From IMG/VR virus record IMGVR_UViG_3300032236_001859, positions 124,001 through 188,000 of that record: a DNA stretch of 64,000 bases. One strand, 5' to 3'. Both the position numbers and the translations under genes were made by a program. Of this stretch, positions 38,429-46,600 are shown piece after piece. Numbering within the stretch: the first letter of the stretch is position 1; every line of letters begins with the position of its first letter. Below the pieces are notes generated by a model. It was not told the DNA's origin. It searched no databases and worked only from the letters and a program-made list of their open reading frames with translations.

Positions 38429-39720
38429 GCCGGCTGGAGTTCGGGATGAGAGTGATCTGCAGGGGCATATCGTATGCGTGGCCCTGCACTGCGTGGTGCG
38501 CGTGGAGCCCGCGTAGGCGCTGGTGCTTCGTCTTCGTCAGACATCGACTTGTACAACAAATAGCCAAGCCCGAGTACGGCGGCACCCCCCGCGCTGTACT
38601 TCAGAATCTTCACGGCCTCTGGGGATGTGACGAAATCAGTTACCTTCTTGAAGGATTTGGAAATATCGTCGACCGACTTCGCAGTGTCTTTTACGCCGGA
38701 ACCCAAGTTGGTTACCGCGTCGGATGCCTTGTCAGCAGAGCTGGTAACTTTAGACACTGAACTATCGATATTCTTCAAAGTGGACCCAGCGTCCTGAGTC
38801 AAACTCTGGACACCTCCGAGGGCACCAGTCAATGCCTTCATCGCCGGAGTGGTTTCATTGGCAGCATTAGCCACAGCACCCGCGCCCTGTTCAACTGACT
38901 TCGCAGCACCAGCAGCGGATTGCCCGACCTCGTCCACATTCTTACGAAGAGACTTGACCCCCTCGGAGACATCCTGGCCGACCTGCTTAACTGTGCCAGT
39001 AGACGTATTGACTACATCCCGAACACCTTGATCAACTGCCGAAAGTAGACCTGGCTTTCCATCTTTGTCTTGTAGTTTCTCTTTTGTTGTCCCTGCGATG
39101 TCGTTCGCCTTGCCTAGTAAACCGGCACCATAACTTGCAGCCTCTACGCCTGCGGCAGCAGCACCTAACCCTAGTTTTTGCTTGACGACATCATTTATCC
39201 ACGTGTCCTGGCGGGCACGTGATGCCAGAGGCGACAAGACTGCGTGGGCAAGCTCTGGGTCTGCAGAGGAAACAGTTTCAACCCTATTAGTGGTGGGGGA
39301 GTGAAAACTGAACTCATGTGCACCTGTCTGTGGGTTTAACTTCCACAGTGGAGATCTTGATAAATCCATTTTGCCCTCAGCGGCATCTCGGAGATGCCGT
39401 TGCGCCAACCCAAAATCCTTACCACTCATCCCATGGCGAGTTGACTTGGTAGCCAGGGATCCCCCAAGGATCCCTGCTATTCCGGCTTCACTCCCGGCCC
39501 CGATTGGATCCTGCCCCGCAGCAGTAGCGCCTGCGTAGGTTGCACCGGCTACAGGTAACCCCACTAACAGCGGCGCCGGGGTCCTCCCCACCAATGCACG
39601 TGCACCGGTAAGTGCAGGTGATACCCCTGATGACAGCGCATCCATTGCTCCGATGAGCCCCCTGCGATCTGCGGCTACCTTTTTAGTCAGATAAAAAAGC
39701 ATGATCTGAGCTGGACTCAT
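38425..39720 (-). CDS. K-x-A protein with membrane helices and amphipathic helical repeats
   Basis: TKKVAAD at the N-terminus; glycine zippers; long SV/GV helical repeat region; C-terminal SAGGAAVLGLGYLLY. Confidence 0.65.
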   Translation of the reverse strand: MSPAQIMLFYLTKKVAADRRGLIGAMDALSSGVSPALTGARALVGRTPAPLLVGLPVAGATYAGATAAGQDPIGAGSEAGIAGILGGSLATKSTRHGMSGKDFGLAQRHLRDAAEGKMDLSRSPLWKLNPQTGAHEFSFHSPTTNRVETVSSADPELAHAVLSPLASRARQDTWINDVVKQKLGLGAAAAGVEAASYGAGLLGKANDIAGTTKEKLQDKDGKPGLLSAVDQGVRDVVNTSTGTVKQVGQDVSEGVKSLRKNVDEVGQSAAGAAKSVEQGAGAVANAANETTPAMKALTGALGGVQSLTQDAGSTLKNIDSSVSKVTSSADKASDAVTNLGSGVKDTAKSVDDISKSFKKVTDFVTSPEAVKILKYSAGGAAVLGLGYLLYKSMSDEDEAPAPTRAPRAPRSAGPRIRYAPADHSHPELQPA

Positions 39721-41804
39721 GACTGGGACTCCTGTGGAGGCATCGGTGCAGTCTGTGCGACTTCTTCTGGGTTCTGGATCTCCGGGGTCTCAGGCTTCGC
39801 CGCCTTCGACTTCCGGATCGCACGATGGATCACACGTGCCCTGGCACGATCAAGATTACGGAATGGCTTATTGATGGCTAGACCCATGGATCCGTAGACC
39901 TGTTTGAGGACTTGGTCATGGGGGAGCCACTCACCGGGGAAATCCGCGGGTGCCTCGCCTTCACCGAGATGAAAGGCGTAGTCGTAGCCGTGGTACCCAG
40001 GCTCCGCGACACCCTCATCAGGAAGAACGCGGACGTTGGATGAGTAAGGTGCAGGGGCCCCCTTACCCTCGGTGGGGAAATGAAACCGACGGTTGCTGTC
40101 ACGTCGGACCAATACTTTACCTTCGGGATCCAAATAGACGTACTCGGTCTTAGGAAGCAGCGCGGCAGCATCTGCCTGCTTCTTCAATGGCATCTCGGTG
40201 TGCGTGGCCAGTACGTCATCTCCGACCCCGCCTGTGAAAAACTCGGTCTCATCAAAGTAGGTGACCCCTGCGGCTTCAGCGGCACCCTCGTCATCGGGGG
40301 AGTTACCAACCATGCAGATCACGGGATCCAGAGAGAACGCTTCTTCGGCGTATTCGATCATCGCTGGAGACGGCTTCCGGCCGGCGTCGTCTTCATCGGT
40401 ACAGAACACGATGTCGTCGATCTCGGGGAGGAGCTCAAGGGTTTCATCATTGAAGTCGAGGACATCGGGGAGCGTGTTCGTCCCCATGACACTGCGGTTG
40501 GTTACCCCAACGATGCGGACCCCTGCAGCCTTAAACTTCTTGAGGAGTTCTTTGACCCCTGGTTTGATCTTCTGGGTGGCCTCGAGGCCGGCGTCGTCAT
40601 CCCATTCGGCGACAACGGTACCATCGAGGTCAACGAGGAGTCCTGGTGCCGACTCAGGCGTCTTGTCCTGGAACTTATGGGTTCTCATGGACCCCGAGAT
40701 CTCCGCGGCATGCTTCTCGGCGAGATTGTTGGTGTGCTTGGCCATCGTGAAGTCCCCGTTGGTTGGGGAATCCCCGCTGCGGAGGACAACCAGAACTCTG
40801 CCATCCGGGAATCTCCGGACTTCATCGAAGTAGTGGCCATGGGCGGCCTCGAGATCCTGGAGCGCCTTCACGAAGACCTTGGGGTCCTTGGGGGCATAGA
40901 TGCGACGAAGACTGTTACGGTACAGTGCCCAGCCGTGATGCTGCCGGGGCACACTGGCGAGTTTCTTACCCTTGAGCTCGGGATCCTTCTTCGCCATGTC
41001 CCTGGCGGCCTCGACGAGTTCGAGGCGGACCTCGTTGGCTCTCTTGGCCCAGTCGTTCTTAGCAATGAGTTCTTTGAGCCTGGTAATCAGCGTAGCAAAG
41101 GGGATCACATCGAAATCCTCCCGATCCGGGTGTGTGGTCCCCAGTTTGCCGTCATGGACCCCAGTGAAGAAATATGTGCGTTCGCCATCGAATGCGGAGT
41201 CATCCCAGAAGTCGTTGACCCCACTTGGCCAAATCGATTCTACGATCTCACGAGTCTCCGGAGAAATGATCTTGAGATCGGCTTCCTCGATGGCTTCCCG
41301 GATCGCGGCGAGTAACGGGGGTTCGCCGTCATCGATGCCGCCACCGGGGAACAGGATGTAGTCGCCCTTGTCGATGCCGACGACGCCATCCTTATCGAAG
41401 GCGATGAGTTCGGATCTCGGTCGCAGGAGTTGCGATGGGGAACCCTCGTGCTTATCGGGAGTGGGTTCGTTCTCAGCGGCTTTCTTGCCGAGACCCCTGG
41501 CGAAGCTGTGATCCCTGCGTTGTTTCGCCAAGGCGGCCTCATCAGGTTCGACATCCTTGGGTTTCGCCGGCAGCATCTTCTTCGCGTTGGTCCACACCTT
41601 CTCCGCAGGAGATGGGAGGTCGTGGTCCTCTGAGGTCCCCCTGCAGTCGCCACCACTGAACAGTTCAAGAAAGGTTTTGCCCTCGACCATGTGGGCATTG
41701 GTTGCCTTGACAGGATTCCCACCCGTTGGCGTCGCCACAGGTGTGTTGGTCACGGGGCGATCACTACCCCGCCCCGGAGATGGAATCTTGGTCTCCGCTC
41801 GCAT
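39717..41804 (-). CDS. Multidomain enzyme: NUDIX hydrolase + pterin-carbinolamine-dehydratase-like + HAD phosphatase + degenerate NUDIX-like domain
   Basis: Nudix box FPGGGIDDGEPPLLAAIREAIEEADL. PCD-like segment GWALYRNSLRRIY...LEAAHGHYFD...VLVVLRSG..PTNGDFTMAKHTNNL. HAD motifs LLVDLDGT, VTNRS, RKPSPAMI, MVGNSPDDEGAAEAAGV. Confidence 0.8.
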   Translation of the reverse strand: MRAETKIPSPGRGSDRPVTNTPVATPTGGNPVKATNAHMVEGKTFLELFSGGDCRGTSEDHDLPSPAEKVWTNAKKMLPAKPKDVEPDEAALAKQRRDHSFARGLGKKAAENEPTPDKHEGSPSQLLRPRSELIAFDKDGVVGIDKGDYILFPGGGIDDGEPPLLAAIREAIEEADLKIISPETREIVESIWPSGVNDFWDDSAFDGERTYFFTGVHDGKLGTTHPDREDFDVIPFATLITRLKELIAKNDWAKRANEVRLELVEAARDMAKKDPELKGKKLASVPRQHHGWALYRNSLRRIYAPKDPKVFVKALQDLEAAHGHYFDEVRRFPDGRVLVVLRSGDSPTNGDFTMAKHTNNLAEKHAAEISGSMRTHKFQDKTPESAPGLLVDLDGTVVAEWDDDAGLEATQKIKPGVKELLKKFKAAGVRIVGVTNRSVMGTNTLPDVLDFNDETLELLPEIDDIVFCTDEDDAGRKPSPAMIEYAEEAFSLDPVICMVGNSPDDEGAAEAAGVTYFDETEFFTGGVGDDVLATHTEMPLKKQADAAALLPKTEYVYLDPEGKVLVRRDSNRRFHFPTEGKGAPAPYSSNVRVLPDEGVAEPGYHGYDYAFHLGEGEAPADFPGEWLPHDQVLKQVYGSMGLAINKPFRNLDRARARVIHRAIRKSKAAKPETPEIQNPEEVAQTAPMPPQESQS

Positions 41805-42526
41805 CAGATACCTCCGAGATACCGGATCGCATAGGCTCCGAGTCTGCGGAGTTCAACTGCTGTCTTGGGAAGATTGGGGCCCATGCCATAGCTGGCACCA
41901 GTGGACTGGGTTGGCGGGCTACCGGGCTGACCACTGGCCGTGGATGTCATGGGCTGCGCCTGGGCGACACCCCCGGTGCCCGTGCCGGGGTTGGATCCCG
42001 GGATGCCACCGACTTGACCACCAGGTGGGATAATGGTCTTTGAGCGATGCTGGGGGTCCACGGCGAGATCACCAGGGCCCTGGTTCTGTTGAACCCCTAT
42101 GGCACCCGGTGCGGGTCGTGCGCTCACATTGGGAGTCGACGAGGCCCGGTTGGGGGGTTGTGGGACACCGCCAGCAACCGCCTTCTTCTCCAACTTCTCA
42201 GATTCCGTGTAATACCTGGGATTCTTGGCGAGATGATCGATCGAGAGTTCTTTCCGGGCCTCAAGATTGGGAGTGTGTTCACCCTCTTCCTTGATCCCCT
42301 TGGCGAGTTCCTTGACACTCAGCTTGCCATGCGGGGGTGTCGTGCCCCCAAGGATGGCAGCTGCATGCTTGCCGATGCCGAGCTCCCAGGACTCCTTCTT
42401 CCAGTTCTTGTGGTCACGCTTCTGCTTCGCGGCGGTTGCGTAAAACACGCGTTCGGCCTTTTCCTTACTGCCGTAGGTGTCTTCCATGGAGTTCAGAACT
42501 TTCTTGGCATCACCGACAATAGGCAT
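41804..42526 (-). CDS. DUF5661-like domain protein with K-x-A sites
   Basis: ELAKGIKEEGEHT....ARKELSIDHLAKNPRYYT matches my recollection of the DUF5661 consensus; flanked by GKHAA and EKKAV. Confidence 0.65.
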   Translation of the reverse strand: MPIVGDAKKVLNSMEDTYGSKEKAERVFYATAAKQKRDHKNWKKESWELGIGKHAAAILGGTTPPHGKLSVKELAKGIKEEGEHTPNLEARKELSIDHLAKNPRYYTESEKLEKKAVAGGVPQPPNRASSTPNVSARPAPGAIGVQQNQGPGDLAVDPQHRSKTIIPPGGQVGGIPGSNPGTGTGGVAQAQPMTSTASGQPGSPPTQSTGASYGMGPNLPKTAVELRRLGAYAIRYLGGI

Positions 42527-42557
42527 CTTGGGCTCCTGCGTGGACCACGCGATGAGA

Positions 42558-42968
42558 TCACATCATAACGGACAAAATGCTGAGGACACTGCCGGGGATC
42601 GCATTGACGTCGAGTTTGAGATCCTCTTCAGTCAACTTGGTGATCGCGACTTCAGTCTCGATGTCCAAGATGGTTTCACGTTCCGCGTTGTACTCAGCCA
42701 CTTTTTCCTGGGGGATCATTTTGTCAGTGGTGCCCTCTTTGGGCACCGCGTACTGACGGATTACAGCATCGATAGACTTCTCGACGACTTCGGCGAGGGG
42801 GCGTAAGACACTCAGGTTCTTGCCAATCTTGAAACGAGTCGAACCCGAGAACTCATAGTTCTTCAGGTAGACTTGAGTTTTACCCTCAACGGTAATAGGG
42901 GTCGGGACTCCATCGAGAGCAGTCAGGGCCTGACGGAGTTCGACGACTGCACGGTTGGTAAGTTTCAT
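42558..42968 (-). CDS. Hypothetical tail-fibre-associated protein
   Basis: 136-aa helical ORF with AAGAGGA SD, downstream of the fibre genes. Confidence 0.65.
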   Translation of the reverse strand: MKLTNRAVVELRQALTALDGVPTPITVEGKTQVYLKNYEFSGSTRFKIGKNLSVLRPLAEVVEKSIDAVIRQYAVPKEGTTDKMIPQEKVAEYNAERETILDIETEVAITKLTEEDLKLDVNAIPGSVLSILSVMM

Positions 42969-43058
42969 ACCGGGATCCTCTTTTCACGCGAGTGAGCTCG
43001 CGATCTGGGTGGGTGTTTAAGGCGCAGCAGGATTATGTCGCCGTGTTGATATGGGCAA

Positions 43059-43643
43059 CTAGCCCGTGGGGGCCATGAGGGCCATAAGAGCGTTGGCGAG
43101 CCTGTTGGCTTCGGTTTCGAGACGCGAGGCCTCTCCCTCGGCGACACGTAGGGCCTCCTCGGCAGCGGCGTGCTCGGGGTCATCGGGTAGACTCTCGAAG
43201 ACGCTGGTGAGTCGAACGACTTCCGCGGCAGCGGCACGGGAAGCCTCCGAAGCCGCCTTGAGGGCCTCCGCGGTATTCGCGAGGTCAGCCTTACGGGTCT
43301 CGCTGATATCACGGAGTTCCTGCATGTGGCGGGCCAGGCTGTAGATGTGGGTATGAATGGCCCCCACAGTTGTCATCCCAATGATTGAGTCATCGATCAG
43401 ACTTCTCAACTTCACGGGCTCATTGGGATCCGTGGGGACATGCACCAGTGGGGGGTAGTGGTTGCCAAGTGACTTCTCGACATACTCCCCTTTGACGAGG
43501 ACCAAGGCGACTTCTTCTTCGTGCATCGTCGCACTAGGCACTCCATCAACTGGGTTGCTATTATTGTTATGCCAGACCCGTCGGCGTGGCACCCCGGGCT
43601 CAGTGTTCGGGGCATAGTTGGGTACCTGATATGATGCTGGCAT
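43059..43643 (-). CDS. Hypothetical protein with C-terminal coiled coil
   Basis: 194 aa; AGGAAG SD; Ala/Glu heptads. Confidence 0.7.
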   Translation of the reverse strand: MPASYQVPNYAPNTEPGVPRRRVWHNNNSNPVDGVPSATMHEEEVALVLVKGEYVEKSLGNHYPPLVHVPTDPNEPVKLRSLIDDSIIGMTTVGAIHTHIYSLARHMQELRDISETRKADLANTAEALKAASEASRAAAAEVVRLTSVFESLPDDPEHAAAEEALRVAEGEASRLETEANRLANALMALMAPTG

Positions 43644-43668
43644 GGTATGCTCACTTCCTGTGTTCGGC

Positions 43669-46600
43669 TCATTGTGCAGTCAGGGTGACGTCGTTGCCGT
43701 CGCCCCCAACATACGAAATCGTGAAGTTCCGTACAGTGCCTGTGCTGGCAACGGTGGCTCCTTCGGGGAGCCCGTTGAATACGCCAGTTACTGGTCCCGC
43801 GGATTGTCTGTCAATGATCGTGAAGACCTTTCCGACCGCAGGGGAGTACCCCAACCGAATCGAAAGTGTGGCATTGTTGAGAACAACGCCATCTCCGGTA
43901 CTCGGGATCACGAGCTGATCATACTGGGTGCCCGCGGCATCCCCGTTGAGATCCAGGATCACCGTGGCGCCTGAGTTATTCAGATTCAAAGACTTCATGC
44001 TGAGTGCTGCAGTGGCCACGGGAGTCCCAGGACTCATGGTCCCAGAGGTCACGGTGACCACGGAGTTGAGGACCCCGGAACCCCCCAGCGTGGTCCCAGC
44101 ACCAACATTGAATGCTGCGAAGTCTGGCCTCACGCCTTCATCGTTGTCATTGTGGTTATACAGTAGAGTGCCCTCGACAAGGCTCCACGTAAATGATCCC
44201 CTTGCGGAAGTCCCATCGGTATGCGTGTAATCGGCCTCCGCGATGACCAGTGTACCCGCACCAACCTTGATCAGAGTCGTGGCTCCAGTTCTCTTGCGAA
44301 CCATGGTCAGACAACTCTGACCACCTGAGTCTCCCCATGTCGGGCAGAAGATGACCTCACGGGTTTCCGTACTCCCCAACACCATGGTATCCCCGGCGTG
44401 GCGAACAAACATCTTGAGGACCTGATTGTCGGTGTCTGCATTGGCGTGGATGTTGATGTCACCACCAAACATTCCTGCCAGGGTTTGTCCCGCTGCGTAT
44501 TTCGGTGACCCCAGGAGCGTGGCCAAGTTGCTGCCTGATCCGGCATCGCTGGATGCCCCGAGGACACCACCGATCTGCTTGTTCAATGTGGGGTCCGCGG
44601 TACCCAGTGATCCAATGAGGAAACTCTTGCCCTCTGGGATCTGATACGTGGTCCCTGCCCCTGAAGTCGCCGTGAGCAGGAACCCAAAATGTGCGGTGTG
44701 GTCAACTGTATCCGTGGCACGATGGACTGCGGAGATATACCCGGGACCCACGGCACCGGGGAGGAAGCTGTTGACTCCTGAGAAACGGATGAACCCAAGG
44801 GCGCCTTGCGTGGCTGTACCCACTGGGAGCACTGTGGGGTAGACGCCGAAAAGACCAAGGGTCAGACCCCCGTATCCATTGACCAGATTTTGCTTTAGAC
44901 TGGAAGTCCCATAGTTCGACGCTGCTGTGCCTCCAAAAGGAGCAGTTGGAATCCCTGACATCGAGTACGTGCCAGATAACACGAGTTCTGTGATCGCGTT
45001 ATCACCTGTGGCGTAGCCTTGAAATATCACACTACTGCTACCGACAAACATGCCTGATAGCGTTGCGCGGGTTCCACCTGATGTACTAAGCCCAGGTCCG
45101 AGACTCCAAACCGTGAGACCAAGTGGCCCAAGCAGTGAGAAATTATTGGGATACACGGAATCGGAAATCGACGCAGTATCCAGTAAGAGATTTCCCCCCT
45201 TACCTCCAGTGACAATGGGGCCGGTCCCCGCGGATGCCCCTTTTGCCAAGCGAAGATTGATAGCCCCAGCCTGTGCCCCAGACTCCTGTAGGGCGAATCC
45301 ACCACTCCACGCAGAGTTATCCCCACTAAGAATCAACAGGCTGTAGTCACCACCTTGACCATAAGAATTGACGTGTCTTATGGAACCTGCTCCACTTATG
45401 GTACCAGATAGTTCCACTCTTCCAGTCATATTAACTGGATTAACTGCTAAGGGGCCGTGGAGCGTTACGCTGCCCTGTATTACTGCACCGGTTCCCGCAG
45501 AGTTGGGTGTTCCGATATACCCCCCTGCAGCACCGACAACGATATTCGTATTGGAATAAATATCCAGTGCATGGCTGAAAAAGAGCACACCTCCCATTAG
45601 ATAGATTGTGCGGGGGGCAGTGAGACCCCCAAGACTACCACTGGCGCCTGCCGTCAAGGTTCCAGCAAGAATGTAAATATCCCCTATGGCGTTATTCGCG
45701 TTACTTAGGGTAACCGTGTTAGCCAAAAACTTAGTAAATGCGTAGCCGCCCGTGATCTGTGACGCGATGATAAAACTGTTCTGATGACTCCCCACTATTA
45801 GATCCAGTCCGTTGCCTGTTGTAAGTGCTCCGCCCGTGATGGCTACAACCCCGTTAATCGTACTAGCGATCATGCCACTGGTCACTGTCAAAGTTTTTCC
45901 AGTAGCGATTGTTATAGTCCCACTGCCCAGTGTGACTCGAAGAGAATTGATGGCGACATCATTAGCGATAGTCCCAGTAAGTGTTCCTGCTTTGATGTTT
46001 TGGCCTGCGGCCCATAGCGAGCAATCGTTTTGAGACGTGTAGGCCGGGGGTCCGAAGGTGCCCGATGCCGCGGCGATATAATCACCACCATCAACTCCAG
46101 GTACGAAGCCTTGGGTGGCCCCTATCAATAGGGCATTACCTCCGGCGCCTGAAACACTGCTGCCACCTGCAGTAGTGGGTGCGTTCGTAAAAGAAGGGAT
46201 AAACCCCGTATTCGTGAATTGGTTGACAACCCCACCAACTGCGCGAGTGTACCCAGCACCCCCTGCGGTTCCTGTAAATGCCAGATTGACTGATGATGCC
46301 TTTATGTTGCTTGAACTAATTGAACTAATCCCGGCCTGGATCGAAAGACTGTATAGGGTCTGGGAATGCGTGTATGCCCCGGCATCTGGGTAGGGGATGT
46401 TGAATGTGCCCCCGCCAGTGGTGCCCCCTAGAATCAGACGCGCCGATGGATTGATACGATTCGTGACGTTCCTATTGCTCGCCTCGTTATTGGGTATTGT
46501 CTCACCACAGTTCAGGGTGCCAGACCCCATGACCGTGATTGGAAGATTAGCGACTGTTATTCGCCCATAGTTAGCAGCTGTCCCAGGTAACCCTACAGTG

